The notes: generated by a model not told the origin, from the letters alone. A stretch of 52,569 nucleotides of DNA from Leptospirales bacterium (GCA_040326155.1 JBEQLE010000022.1:1-52569); one strand, 5' to 3'; shown: positions 1 through 10,188, numbered from the stretch's first letter. Numbers and translations: made by a program.

Positions 1-80
1 CACCACTTAAATTCCATAACGCCCCTCTTAAAATGTATGAGGGTAAAAATAGAAGCAGACCTGTATTGTATAGATTATTT

Positions 81-119
81 AGAAAAGAAACCAGCTCGCG
101 AGAAAACCCACGGGCCGGT
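81..119 (-). terminator. Probable intrinsic terminator downstream of the lipoprotein gene
   Basis: Minus strand reads ACCGGCCCGTG-loop-CGCGAGCTGGT (G-U pairs allowed) followed by TTCTTTTCT, 17 nt after the stop at 137. Confidence 0.6.
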
Positions 120-136
120 GCAGGTGGAAGATTGCT

Positions 137-907
137 TTATTTACTTTCTCCACATATATAGGTTATAGCCATGGAATCAGTATCTTGAAAAACCTCACCG
201 GTCGGATACCCTTCTTCGTTGTAAGTTAAAGAGAGTTCCTGAACGTCTTGTTGTCCTTTTTTCCATTTTACTCCATTTATTTTATAGGGGATATTTTGCG
301 CATACGTTTCAACCACTTTTATTAAATTGTGTTTCGCATGACCAACGGGAAAACCAAACAACAATTGAAATGAATTTCCTGAATAAACGCCAACAAACGG
401 ACTCGGTTTATCGTCGTAAGAATACTCGTTCGTAGTGTACAACTTGCCCTTGTAATCATATACCAGTGATTTCACCGGAACACCTTCGCCATTATATTCA
501 TAGGTTTTTTTACCCATAGAACGTCCGCCCGAGATTAAATTTTCAGTTACGATTTGACCCTTGTCGTCGCGTTCAAATTTAACAGTTACATGCGTAGCAA
601 CAATTTTACTAACCTGACCATTCGCATCGTAAGAAAATTTCATGTCTCCATATGCTGTATCTGATACCGAAACAACTTTCCCTTTTTCGTCATAGGCATA
701 TTCAGATGTTCCATAATCTTTGCTGCCATCTTTTAACGCCGCATGGGATGAAGCCAGTTTACCTGATTCGTATGTGAAATGCATAACTCGAACTTTAGCA
801 CCAAAAGAAAATTCCATTTGACTCATGTTGCAACTTTTTTTCGCACCGCACGCCGTAAAAGCCAGCAACAACACCGGCAATACTGATATTACAATAATTT
901 TTTTCAT
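137..907 (-). CDS. Lipoprotein with YD-like repeats
   Basis: ATG at 907 preceded by AAGGAG; MKKIIVISVLPVLLLAFTA-C lipobox; repeated YxYD/YxYN..G motifs. The ORF-track extension to 1099 belongs to a separate toxin remnant. Confidence 0.8.
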   Translation of the reverse strand: MKKIIVISVLPVLLLAFTACGAKKSCNMSQMEFSFGAKVRVMHFTYESGKLASSHAALKDGSKDYGTSEYAYDEKGKVVSVSDTAYGDMKFSYDANGQVSKIVATHVTVKFERDDKGQIVTENLISGGRSMGKKTYEYNGEGVPVKSLVYDYKGKLYTTNEYSYDDKPSPFVGVYSGNSFQLLFGFPVGHAKHNLIKVVETYAQNIPYKINGVKWKKGQQDVQELSLTYNEEGYPTGEVFQDTDSMAITYICGESK

Positions 908-959
908 ATTTACTCCTTTAAAGAAAGTAACTGCAATTCCAGTTTTCAAGACATAAGTT

Positions 960-1093
960 GTAAATCTCTTTATAATGCGATTAAAAATATCATATGCTAT
1001 ATCTTCATTATCCAGGATAATGTGTTCAATAATAGTTTCAAGATCTTTCTCCGCTGTTTCAGCCCAATAAATGGTAAATTTATTTTTTAACAT
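960..1093 (-). pseudogene. 3'-truncated RelE/ParE family toxin
   Basis: MLKNKFTIYWAETAEKDLETIIEHIILDNEDIAYDIFNRII fits the ParE/RelE N-terminus; similarity stops after ~43 aa; end coordinate approximate. Confidence 0.7.
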
Positions 1094-1217
1094 TGGCAAA
1101 GAATTTATTTTCTAATTTAGTGAATACATCCAGGTTTTTTCTCACTTTATTATTGTCAATATCATTATTCATGGATACCCATAATATCTTTGATATGTCT
1201 ATAGTCACATCCAGCAT
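1080..1217 (-). pseudogene. Remnant of the cognate antitoxin C-terminus
   Basis: 45-aa ORF ending NNDIDNNKVRKNLDVFTKLENKFFANVKK* overlaps the toxin start, as in Phd/ParD-type operons. Confidence 0.45.
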
Positions 1218-1337
1218 TACTGTTTTAGACGTAAGTAACCAGGCTTCCGTATATATAAATTACACTTATACGATGAATCCTCCACCATCACAGCAAACCG
1301 CGAAGCCCCAAAAAAACCCACACTGAATCTTACGAGC

Positions 1338-1680
1338 CAGCCTGGCATATAATATATATTGTATAACGAAAATTCGAAAACGAAGTTTACAAGTTCAGTA
1401 GAATACGCGGGGGTAGCGCAAACCGCCGCAGGCGGTTGGTGCGAGGGGCGAGCTAGCCGAGCGTCATCACCCAGGGAGGGGTGATGCTCGCTCGGCGCTT
1501 TTCTTTTGGTTACTTTTCTTTTGACGGCAAAAGAAAAGTGACACCTCCCCGGCGGTCAGCCGGGCATAAAGTATAAATATTGTATATGGAAAATTCGTAA
1601 ACGAAGTTTACAAGTTCAGTATATTACGTCGGGGGTAAGCCGAGACCGTGGCTCGGCTTAGGGGGCAGACTTGCACCCCT
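1338..1680. repeat. Duplicated ~80-bp unit plus GC-rich hairpin cluster (REP/MITE-like structured element)
   Basis: Imperfect direct repeat 1338-1415 / 1557-1637 with identical 23-mer AAACGAAGTTTACAAGTTCAGTA (1378-1400, 1599-1621); hairpins near 1421-1437, 1456-1496, 1509-1542, 1548-1564, 1636-1660. Confidence 0.8.
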
Positions 1681-1745
1681 TTGCCTCTCTTTTCTTTTTT
1701 AATTTGGTATTGACTCTATAAAGCAAAACGATTTCTTATCAGGGT

Positions 1746-2492
1746 ATGGTAGATCGCGACGAGCTTGAAAAATTTTTAAATGGGTTTTTGAATGTTAAGG
1801 ATTTTGATGATTACGCTCCAAACGGACTTCAGGTAGAGGGTAAACCGCAAATTCAAAAACTGGCTGTGTCGGTGTCCATTTCGGAGCAGGTTATTCACGA
1901 AGCGGTTGAAATGAAAGCGGACGCAATTCTGGTTCACCATGGGCATTTCTGGAAAAACACTCCGCCAATTATTACGGGGGCGGCAAAACGAAAAATTGCT
2001 CTATTATTAAAAAACGATATAAGCTTGTTTGCCTATCACCTTCCTCTCGATTTTTTAGCCGAGTATGGGAATAATCATCCTGCGATAAAAGATTTAGGCG
2101 TTGAACAACCGGAACCGTTTGACAATATTGGATATACGGGGAAACTAAATAGGCCTGTTTCCAGCGCTGAGTTGATCGATAGGCTGGAAAAGTATTATGG
2201 GGCCAAAGGAACTTATGTTTTGCCAAACGAAGAGAACGCTATAGAACATCTTACTCTGGTTTCAGGCGGAGGCCAGTCGTGGCTTTCGAAGACGGTTTCG
2301 ATTGATAACGGGGCTTTTGTAACCGGGGAGGGTTCAGAGTGGGTCTATAACATGGCTCGCGAAAATAATCTGTTTTTTGCAGCTATGGGGCATTACACCA
2401 CAGAAATAGTTGGACCTAAAAAACTGGCTGAGTTTTTACAAAATAAATTTAATCTTGAGTGGGATTTTATAAAAGAAGAAAATCCGTTTTAA
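1746..2492 (+). CDS. ybgI: Nif3-like dinuclear metal center hexameric protein
   Basis: DYAPNGLQVEG, ILVHHG, AYHLPLD, GHYTTE motifs. Confidence 0.93.
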   Translation: MVDRDELEKFLNGFLNVKDFDDYAPNGLQVEGKPQIQKLAVSVSISEQVIHEAVEMKADAILVHHGHFWKNTPPIITGAAKRKIALLLKNDISLFAYHLPLDFLAEYGNNHPAIKDLGVEQPEPFDNIGYTGKLNRPVSSAELIDRLEKYYGAKGTYVLPNEENAIEHLTLVSGGGQSWLSKTVSIDNGAFVTGEGSEWVYNMARENNLFFAAMGHYTTEIVGPKKLAEFLQNKFNLEWDFIKEENPF

Positions 2493-4942
2493 GCGTCAGT
2501 TGGTTTCGAGATACCGTTCTCTTTCCAACCCGGTAAATGGCTGGCATAAAAAGGGTATTGGCCCGGTTTCTCTTTGAAAATTCCACTGGGGTCGACCAGG
2601 GCCAAATTTATGACCTGTCTAATGTCTGAAACAAAATGAAAATTTAGTCGCTTTTGAATACTTTCTGGAATTTTTTCCATATCTTTTTGATTTTCTTTCG
2701 GGCAAATTATATCGGTAATTCCCGCCCGAAAAGCGGCGAGAGATTTTTCTTTTAAACCACCGATCGGTAAAACTTTTCCGCGAAGGGTCATTTCACCTGT
2801 CATCGAGATTGTATTTTTTATCGGGTTTTGTGTAACGGCTGATATTAAACATGTTGCTATGGTTATACCGGCAGAGGGTCCGTCTTTCGGTATGGCCCCT
2901 TCTGGTACGTGAATATAGATATCGGTTTTGTCAAAAAAGTCATCGGCAAGTCCCATGAAGTGACCTTGCGAACGAACATAACCGACGGCGGCGCTTGCAG
3001 ACTCTTTCATTACATCGCCAAGATTACCGGTTAAATTCAGTTTGCCTTTTCCGTGAGCCAGGGCGACTTCAATAATCAGGGTGTCGCCGCCTGCAGAAGT
3101 CCAGGCAAGACCGGTTACAAGACCGACGGAAACTTCTTTTTCTTTTTTGCCGTAATTAAATTCAGGTTGGCCAAGAAGTTTATGTATAAGTTCTTTTTGA
3201 ACATCGTATGACGGTTCAACTTTAGATTCCTCTTTCGATTGAAGGTAGGCAAGATACTCTCTGGCCATCTTTCGAAAAAGTTTTGCCAACACACGATCAA
3301 TTTGCCGCACTCCGGCCTCTTTCGTATATCTTCGAATGATATAAACAATATTTTCAGGAGTTACCTGAACCTTTAATTTTTCAATTCCATTATTCTTTAG
3401 CTGTTTTTTAAACAAATATTTTCGAACAATATGTATTTTCTCTTCTTCGGTATAACCCGAGAGTCGAATTACTTCGAGACGATCGGCCAGGGCGTCGGGA
3501 ATGGAGTGCGTTACATTTGCCGTTGTAATAAACAAGACCTGTGAAAGGTCGAAAGGTAGTTCTAAATAGTGGTCTGTAAATTCTTTATTTTGTTCGGGGT
3601 CGAGTACTTCGAGCAACGCTGCGGCGGGGTTTCCCCGGTAATCGGACGAAAGTTTATCAATTTCATCGAGTAAAATAACAGGGTTTTTCACATCCAGTTT
3701 TTTTAACGTTGAAATAATGCGGCCAGGAAGAGCGCCAATATAGGTTCTTCGGTGCCCTCTGATTTCAGCTTCGTCACGAACTCCCCCGAGAGAGATTCTG
3801 GCAAATTTTCTTCCGAGACATTCTGCCATGGAACGCGCGAGGCTGGTTTTACCCACCCCTGGAGGTCCGACCAGGCATAAAATTGGTCCGGATGACTCCG
3901 GGGATAATTGACGTACGGCTATAAATTCCAGAATTCTGTCTTTAATTTCTTCGAGACCATGATGACTTTTTTCAAGTATTTCACGAGCCCCTAGTATATC
4001 TTTATTGTCTTGCGTAGTCGAGTTCCAGGGAAGATCGCGTATCCAATCGAGATAATTACGTAATATGGAAGATTCCGCAGACATCGGCGGCATCTTTTCA
4101 AATTTTTTCAACTCTTGCAGGGCTTTCGTTTTTACCTCTTCAGGCAGTCCGTCTTCCTCAAAAGCTTTTTTGTATTGTTCAAATTCGTCATATTCACCGT
4201 CACCCATCTCTTCACGAATGACCTTCATTTGTTCATTCAGATAATATTGACGCTGCATCTTGTCCATCTGGCGACGAACTTTATGTTGAATCGACTCTTC
4301 AAGATCGGTAATTTCCGTTTGCTGATCAATTGCTATGTTTACTTTTTCAGCTCTTTCAACCAGTGGAAGTGTTTCGAGAATATTCTGTTTTTGCTCAAAG
4401 GGAACCTGTAAAATATGCGCGATTGAATCGAGCATGGTTTCGAAATCATTTTTTGCGGTCAATTCGCGAGAAAGGTTTTCAGATAAGGTATCTGAGCTTT
4501 CAACATACTTTGTAAATTTTGTTAGTATTTCGTTTACAAACCGGGAGAGCAGCTGGTTTTCAAGATCGTCTTTTGCGGGTATTTTGGTTTCAACAGGTTT
4601 TAAGGTTGTTACAATATGTTCTTCGGTCGCTTCATATGTCTCAATTTGAACACGTTCAAGACCCTCTACCAGTATTTTAAAAGTGCCGTCAGGCATTTTT
4701 AACAATTGAAGTATTTCACAGATAACGCCAATTTCATATAAATCTTCGCGTTCAGGATGAATAATTTCGGTGTTTTTCTGGGCTACAAGAACAATCATTC
4801 GATTGTTTTCCATAGCTTTTCGCGTCGCTTCCATCGATTTTTCACGTCCCACCAGTAACGATGAAACATTCTTTGGAAATACAACCATGTCCCGTAATGG
4901 AAGTAACGGGTATTTATAATCAGTGTCTAAATTTTCACTCAC
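2489..4942 (-). CDS. lon: ATP-dependent protease La
   Basis: LPLRDMVVFP N-domain, GPPGVGKTS Walker A, PKDGPSAG catalytic Ser, IGGLKEK Lys; GTG start. Confidence 0.98.
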   Translation of the reverse strand: MSENLDTDYKYPLLPLRDMVVFPKNVSSLLVGREKSMEATRKAMENNRMIVLVAQKNTEIIHPEREDLYEIGVICEILQLLKMPDGTFKILVEGLERVQIETYEATEEHIVTTLKPVETKIPAKDDLENQLLSRFVNEILTKFTKYVESSDTLSENLSRELTAKNDFETMLDSIAHILQVPFEQKQNILETLPLVERAEKVNIAIDQQTEITDLEESIQHKVRRQMDKMQRQYYLNEQMKVIREEMGDGEYDEFEQYKKAFEEDGLPEEVKTKALQELKKFEKMPPMSAESSILRNYLDWIRDLPWNSTTQDNKDILGAREILEKSHHGLEEIKDRILEFIAVRQLSPESSGPILCLVGPPGVGKTSLARSMAECLGRKFARISLGGVRDEAEIRGHRRTYIGALPGRIISTLKKLDVKNPVILLDEIDKLSSDYRGNPAAALLEVLDPEQNKEFTDHYLELPFDLSQVLFITTANVTHSIPDALADRLEVIRLSGYTEEEKIHIVRKYLFKKQLKNNGIEKLKVQVTPENIVYIIRRYTKEAGVRQIDRVLAKLFRKMAREYLAYLQSKEESKVEPSYDVQKELIHKLLGQPEFNYGKKEKEVSVGLVTGLAWTSAGGDTLIIEVALAHGKGKLNLTGNLGDVMKESASAAVGYVRSQGHFMGLADDFFDKTDIYIHVPEGAIPKDGPSAGITIATCLISAVTQNPIKNTISMTGEMTLRGKVLPIGGLKEKSLAAFRAGITDIICPKENQKDMEKIPESIQKRLNFHFVSDIRQVINLALVDPSGIFKEKPGQYPFYASHLPGWKENGISKPTDA

Positions 4943-4951
4943 TTTGGTCTC

Positions 4952-6298
4952 TTAAGCTGGAGATTCTAACCTATCTTCGTCATTTTTTAAATCATCTGAA
5001 AATGTTTTTTTTAACTTGTTTTTACCTTTATCGCCAAAATATTGAATTATAGGTTTTCCATCCCCTTCTACCATCTCTTTTGTAATGGTTGCTTCTTCTA
5101 CACCTTTCATCGATGGAATTTCGTACATTAGTTCGCCCATAACCTCTTCCATAATAGCGCGAAGTCCGCGAGCACCGGTTTCTCTTTTTATGCCCAATTT
5201 AGCTATGGCTAGAATGGCATCTTCAGAAAAATGAAGTTTTACACCTTCCATATCAAAAACAGCTTCATATTGATTAATCAGTGAATTTTTCGGTTCCGTT
5301 AAAATACGGACCAGTGCTTCTTCATCTAAAGGATTCAGAGTTCGAATAACAGGTAGTCGTCCGACAAACTCTGGAATTAACCCGTACTTCATTAAATCTT
5401 CAGGTATAATCTGTTTTAAATATTTTTTGCGTTCATCTTTTTTCGTGCTTTTAGCCGAAGAGTCAAAACCAAGAGTCGTTTTTTCAACCCTTTGGCTTAC
5501 AATATCTTCAAGCCCCTCAAAGGCTCCTCCGCAAATAAAAAGAATATTCTTTGTATTGATTGTTAAAAAATCCTGGTGGGGATGTTTACGGCCGCCAACA
5601 GGGGGAACGCTTGCTGTTGTTCCTTCAATTATTTTCAATAAGGCTTGTTGCACTCCCTCGCCCGATACATCGCGTGTAATCGACGGGTTGTCGCCTTTTC
5701 TGGCAATCTTATCGATTTCATCGATATATATAATTCCAATTTCTGTTTTTGCAATATCCTGGTCGGCATTTTGGTACAAACGCAGTAAAATATTTTCAAC
5801 ATCTTCACCGACATATCCGGCTTCCGTTAAAGCGGTGGCGTCCACAATTGCCATTGGTACGTTGAGCACTCTTGATAAAGTCTGCGCTAAAAGAGTTTTT
5901 CCTGAACCGGTGGACCCGATTAAAAGTATATTCGATTTATCCAACTCAATATGGCGGTCTTTGGACTTTTCAACCTTCTTGCTTTTTCCATTTGCATCAT
6001 GCCTGATTCGTTTATAGTGATTATAAACTGCCACAGATAAAGCTTTTTTCGCATCAACCTGATCAATTACATATTCATCAAGCGTAGCTTTAATTTCTTT
6101 AGGTTTTAATAACTTGCTTAAATTGCCCGGTTCTTCTTTTGTTTCTTCATCATCTGCTAATATAGTATTGCAAAGTTGTACGCATTCATCGCATATAAAC
6201 ACGCCCGGGCCCGCAATTAAACGGGTAACTTCATCTTGCGTTTTTCCGCAAAATGAGCAGTAATATGAATCATCTTTTTCGTCGCTTTTCTTTGCCAT
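4952..6298 (-). CDS. clpX: Clp protease ATP-binding subunit ClpX
   Basis: CSFCGK...CDEC zinc finger, [35 protein letters not shown]. Confidence 0.98.
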   Translation of the reverse strand: MAKKSDEKDDSYYCSFCGKTQDEVTRLIAGPGVFICDECVQLCNTILADDEETKEEPGNLSKLLKPKEIKATLDEYVIDQVDAKKALSVAVYNHYKRIRHDANGKSKKVEKSKDRHIELDKSNILLIGSTGSGKTLLAQTLSRVLNVPMAIVDATALTEAGYVGEDVENILLRLYQNADQDIAKTEIGIIYIDEIDKIARKGDNPSITRDVSGEGVQQALLKIIEGTTASVPPVGGRKHPHQDFLTINTKNILFICGGAFEGLEDIVSQRVEKTTLGFDSSAKSTKKDERKKYLKQIIPEDLMKYGLIPEFVGRLPVIRTLNPLDEEALVRILTEPKNSLINQYEAVFDMEGVKLHFSEDAILAIAKLGIKRETGARGLRAIMEEVMGELMYEIPSMKGVEEATITKEMVEGDGKPIIQYFGDKGKNKLKKTFSDDLKNDEDRLESPA

Positions 6299-6301
6299 AA
6301 T

Positions 6302-6898
6302 TTATTTACTATCGTCCAGATTTCTATTTTCTATAACACTATCTATAAGACCATATGTTTTAGCCTCTGCGGCGTCCATATATAAATCACGAGATGTCTC
6401 TTTTTCTACTTTTGCCAGGTCCTGGTTTGTATGTTGAACATAAAGACCGTTTAAAGTATCTTTTACCCGAATTATTTCATTGGCCTGAATTTCAATATCA
6501 GCGGCCTGACCAGATGCGCCACCCATCGGCTGGTGAAGCAATATTCGAGCATTTGGCAATGCAGATCTTTTTCCTTTTGTGCCGGAGCAAAGAATAAGAG
6601 CGGCCACGCTGGCAGCCTGACCAATACAGACAGTCCGAATATCAGGCTTAATAAATTGCATTGTATCATAGATTGCTAACCCAGAAGAGACATACCCTCC
6701 CGGTGAATTAATATATAAATAGATATCTTTATCAGGGTCTTCTGATTCAAGGTATAAAAGTTGTGCAATTACAACATTGGCATAAGCGTCATTAATCTGG
6801 TAGCCAAGAAAAATAATTCTGTCTTTTAATAACCTGGAATAAATATCGTACTGGCGTTCGCCTCGGTTTGTTTGTTCGATCACTATCGGTGTCATCAC
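6302..6898 (-). CDS. clpP: Clp protease proteolytic subunit
   Basis: [34 protein letters not shown]. Confidence 0.98.
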   Translation of the reverse strand: MMTPIVIEQTNRGERQYDIYSRLLKDRIIFLGYQINDAYANVVIAQLLYLESEDPDKDIYLYINSPGGYVSSGLAIYDTMQFIKPDIRTVCIGQAASVAALILCSGTKGKRSALPNARILLHQPMGGASGQAADIEIQANEIIRVKDTLNGLYVQHTNQDLAKVEKETSRDLYMDAAEAKTYGLIDSVIENRNLDDSK

Positions 6899-6982
6899 AT
6901 GGTTTCCTTGTATTTTATATGTAAAAGTATACTATCCCGGTAAGATAACAAAATAAACTCGTGTGGTCAACATATTCATGAA

Positions 6983-7825
6983 TTACGCTTTATTTACATA
7001 CCGATTTCTATAGTCATCGGTAATCATGGGTAAAAACCGGACCATTTCCTTTAAACGGGAGAATACTCTGCCGTCAAAAAGTCCTGACCAATCATCAGGT
7101 TGTACATTCGATGTAATTATTGTCGGTTTTTGACTTTCGTAACGGGCGTCAATAAGGTCATACAGGGTTCTTTTTTCCCATTCTGAGTCGGCCTGAACGC
7201 CAAGATCATCAATTACCAGAACTTCCTGTTCGGCCAGGGTATGAAAGATATCATCCCCACGTCCGTAAGTAGCCGATTCAACATTAAAGCTGGCTCGGAT
7301 TCTATTAAAAAAGTCCCTCGTAATTTTAATATATCTAACCTGTTCCTGGTATCGAAATATAATTTCATTGAGAATTAAGCAAGAGAGCATGGTTTTACCT
7401 GTTCCGGTAGTGCCAAAAAAATAGAGACCATTCGGGTGTTGTTGCGATTTTTTAAATAAATTTACAAACTCCATCGCAAAATCGAGAGCTATGTATAATT
7501 CTGTATCAGATTCAGGGTTTTCAATTGTAAATTCAGTTAGTCTTCGGTAAAGATACTTATTGGGAATATTTGAAATTTTAAACAGGCGGTGAATATTTTC
7601 TATTTTAGTTCGAGATTTTTTACAAGAACACTGCCGTAACGTATTCGACTCAACGAGTTTATAAAGGTAAGGAGGTTTCTTGTCACAAATACATTTTTCT
7701 TCAACGCACTTGCACACTTCAAGATATGATATGTTTTTGGAACGACCCGAAGGTTGGTAAATAATTTCGGCCCCTTTACAAATCGGGCATGTCCCTTTTT
7801 TCTTAACCATGCTGATTCCCGACAT
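6983..7825 (-). CDS. DnaC/IstB-like AAA+ ATPase with Cys-rich N-terminus
   Basis: GTTGTGKT, VLVIDDLG, TIITSN, RVFSRL motifs; CPIC/CKC/CSC cysteine clusters. Confidence 0.85.
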   Translation of the reverse strand: MSGISMVKKKGTCPICKGAEIIYQPSGRSKNISYLEVCKCVEEKCICDKKPPYLYKLVESNTLRQCSCKKSRTKIENIHRLFKISNIPNKYLYRRLTEFTIENPESDTELYIALDFAMEFVNLFKKSQQHPNGLYFFGTTGTGKTMLSCLILNEIIFRYQEQVRYIKITRDFFNRIRASFNVESATYGRGDDIFHTLAEQEVLVIDDLGVQADSEWEKRTLYDLIDARYESQKPTIITSNVQPDDWSGLFDGRVFSRLKEMVRFLPMITDDYRNRYVNKA

Positions 7826-7878
7826 AAAACGAGTCTACATGGTTGAAACAGAGCGTCAATTGAATAAGAACCCTTCCC

Positions 7879-8304
7879 CTATACTTTTAGTCGGGCAAGA
7901 TTTTCCGTTAAAGCAATAAATTCCGGGGGGAGGCGAACCGGTTTACCGTTTTTTAAAACCATCGCTGTCATTTTGGCATTCACAGTCGGCGTATGATCGG
8001 GCAATCGAAATATGTCCTGAAAAAAAATACATCTGGCTCTGCTTTCGAGTTCCACTCTGGTACATACAATAAAAGTATCGTTACTTTTTAGCGCGGACAA
8101 ATAGTCTATATCTACGTGTACTAAAACCGGATCAATACCTTCCGAGTGAAGTTTTGCAAAATCAAGATTTTGAAACCGTAAAAGTTCATGGCGAGCGTGC
8201 TCCATATAATTTTGATACGTAGCGTTGTTTACAACTCCCTGTAGATCGCATTCATAATCTCGAACTTTAAATTCAATAATCGTATGATATTCTGCTGGCT
8301 TCAT
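7879..8304 (-). CDS. Acyl-CoA thioesterase (4HBT/YbgC hot-dog fold)
   Basis: VRDYECDLQGVVNNATYQNYMEHAR; start could be 8340. Confidence 0.9.
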   Translation of the reverse strand: MKPAEYHTIIEFKVRDYECDLQGVVNNATYQNYMEHARHELLRFQNLDFAKLHSEGIDPVLVHVDIDYLSALKSNDTFIVCTRVELESRARCIFFQDIFRLPDHTPTVNAKMTAMVLKNGKPVRLPPEFIALTENLARLKV

Positions 8305-8336
8305 ATAAAATATTTCCTTTTGTGAGCAGGCCAGAC

Positions 8337-9122
8337 TCAATCTAAATTAAAACGAGGCCGACGTTTTTCTTGAATTGCTGCGATACCTTCATTAAAGGTG
8401 TCGTCAAAAAACCCTGAAATATAGGATATAATATTATCTTTGCCGGTTTCGAGACCCTCTACAATTTCTTTTCGTATATTCATTTTTGTTTTTATATAAC
8501 TTTGCAGGGGGAGTGCAGAGATTTTATGCAGTTGTTTTTTTGCCATTTTTTTCAGATCTGCTGGTTTCACTACGGAATCAATTAAACCTATCTCCAAAGC
8601 GGCGCCAGGCTTAAGCGCTTCACCCATTAATATAAGTCTTTGAATAGAGCGAGGGCCGGTTATAGACTCTAATACTTTAATAAATTCCAACGGCACAGAC
8701 AGCCCGATTTTAATTTCTGAAAATGATATTCGATATGGACCATCCGCCATGTATCGATAATCTGAAAGTGAAGCCAGCACAGCTCCACCACCCATTGCAT
8801 GACCGGTTACCAGAGCGATATGAGGTTTATAGAACCCATATATGGCTGTCACCATATCGATCAGGGTTAAAAACATCTCTTTTTTTCCATTCAAATCTGC
8901 TTTTAATAGTGTGGCTATATCAAGTCCATTTGAAAAATAGTTGGGTATATCCGAAAGTAGAATTACACCACGAACCGACCTGTCGTTTGCCCACCGATTA
9001 TGGATGCCGATTAGCTCTCGCATCATATCTATAGTCAAAGAGTTATCCGATAATCGACTTAAGGTAATTTCACCTTGGTAATCTTCAACTTTTGTTTTAA
9101 TATATTTATAGTTCTCACTCAT
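8337..9122 (-). CDS. Enoyl-CoA hydratase/isomerase family protein
   Basis: FSNGLD, GHAMGGG, SEIKIG, C-terminal EGIAAIQEKRRPRF. Confidence 0.9.
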   Translation of the reverse strand: MSENYKYIKTKVEDYQGEITLSRLSDNSLTIDMMRELIGIHNRWANDRSVRGVILLSDIPNYFSNGLDIATLLKADLNGKKEMFLTLIDMVTAIYGFYKPHIALVTGHAMGGGAVLASLSDYRYMADGPYRISFSEIKIGLSVPLEFIKVLESITGPRSIQRLILMGEALKPGAALEIGLIDSVVKPADLKKMAKKQLHKISALPLQSYIKTKMNIRKEIVEGLETGKDNIISYISGFFDDTFNEGIAAIQEKRRPRFNLD

Positions 9123-10048
9123 GGCAGTGCCTTTTTAATTTCTTTATACTGATTCACCATCCCTGAAACTATCTCACTTACAGGTAAAATAGAATCAATT
9201 TGTGCAACGCCTTGTCCGGCGGACCATATTTCCTTCCATCTTTTTGCCTGGTTCATTGCTGCCACTTTTTCAAAATTCGCAGTGGCAAGATCGATACCGG
9301 CCCTTTCCAGGCTTGGCTTTAACCAGTTTGCAGAAATTCCACTAATTTTATCGGTGTAAACAATGTCTTCAGATTTAGAAGTTAAAATCATCTTTTTATA
9401 CTCTTCAGGCGCCGGTGACTCTTTAGAAGCGATGAAACGAGTTCCGACATATACAGCAGAAGCGCCAAGAGAAAATGCTGCGGCCATTTGACGTCCGTCC
9501 GTAATCGCTCCGGCGGCAATAACAGGAACTTCGAATTGCTGCTCTTTAAGATGGTCTATTAACGTGGGTATAAGCGCAAATGGAGTCAAATTTCCTGCAT
9601 GCCCACCAGCTCCGTGACAAACAGCAACCAAAGCGTCAACACCGAGTTTAGCGGCAAGACGGGCTTGTCGCAACCCGATTACATCATATAATATTTTAGT
9701 GCCGGTCTTTTGAATCTCTTTAATCACCGTTCGGGGAACGCCAAGACTGGCAATAATTACGGGAACTTTTTGCGCAAGTACGGTATCGAGCTGGGCCGGC
9801 CAATCAGGATTATACTGCTTATGCATAACAATATTAACCCCGTAAGGTTTACTTGTCCGCTCTGTAATTTCAGAAATCGCTTCTTTTAATTCAGATAAAG
9901 ACCTATAGTTTTGCGCGGGAAAAGTTCCCATCCCGCCGGCCTCTGAAACAGCAACCGTTAAATCAACATTGGATATTAAAAACATGGGAGCTCCGATCAT
10001 GGGTAGATCAATATTAAGCAAACGGGTAATCGGTGTCTCAATAATCAT
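9119..10048 (-). CDS. Nitronate monooxygenase / FabK-like flavin oxidoreductase
   Basis: IGAPMFLIS, AGGHAG, IAAGAITDG, VGTRFIASKES, WSAGQG; ATG at 10048. Confidence 0.9.
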   Translation of the reverse strand: MIIETPITRLLNIDLPMIGAPMFLISNVDLTVAVSEAGGMGTFPAQNYRSLSELKEAISEITERTSKPYGVNIVMHKQYNPDWPAQLDTVLAQKVPVIIASLGVPRTVIKEIQKTGTKILYDVIGLRQARLAAKLGVDALVAVCHGAGGHAGNLTPFALIPTLIDHLKEQQFEVPVIAAGAITDGRQMAAAFSLGASAVYVGTRFIASKESPAPEEYKKMILTSKSEDIVYTDKISGISANWLKPSLERAGIDLATANFEKVAAMNQAKRWKEIWSAGQGVAQIDSILPVSEIVSGMVNQYKEIKKALP

Positions 10049-10099
10049 TGTTTGTATAATACTATAAAGGCAACCTGAAAGCAACGATTTATTTGTTTC

Positions 10100-10120
10100 C
10101 AGGCCGACGCCGTTTCGCCC
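10100..10120 (+). repeat. Partial copy (A) of the dispersed CAGGCCGACG repeat family
   Basis: CAGGCCGACG is identical to the ends of copies at 35506 and 49126; flanked by ATTTGTT/AACAAAT. Confidence 0.45.
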
Positions 10121-10149
10121 AACAAATTATTCATTATACAAAAAAAGAT

Positions 10150-10188
10150 TTGACATAGTAAACTAGTTGTTTAAACTAGTTTACTATG
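10150..10188 (+). promoter_or_regulatory. Sigma70 promoter overlapped by palindromic TA operator
   Basis: TTGACA 10150-10155 and TAAACT 10172-10177; perfect 15-bp inverted arms CATAGTAAACTAGTT (10154-10168) / AACTAGTTTACTATG (10174-10188). Confidence 0.85.

Noticed and set aside
1..17. Possible start of a minus-strand gene (MEFKW...) running off the window
   Set aside because: Only five codons visible; cannot be assigned
137..1099. 320-aa ORF as a genuine toxin-lipoprotein fusion
   Set aside because: Internal RBS, ATG and lipobox at 907; the toxin part lacks its C-terminal half
1311..1345. Possible sixth, highly degenerate copy of the CAGGCCGACG family next to the parE remnant
   Set aside because: Similarity too weak to call by eye; needs a profile search
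1338..1637. Direct repeats as a CRISPR array
   Set aside because: Only two imperfect ~80-bp copies about 220 bp apart; no cas genes
4115..6017. Antisense and alternate-frame ORFs inside lon and clpX (likewise within the kinases, ABC genes, recQ and the NTPase)
   Set aside because: Shadow ORFs overlapping well-supported genes, with no recognisable motifs
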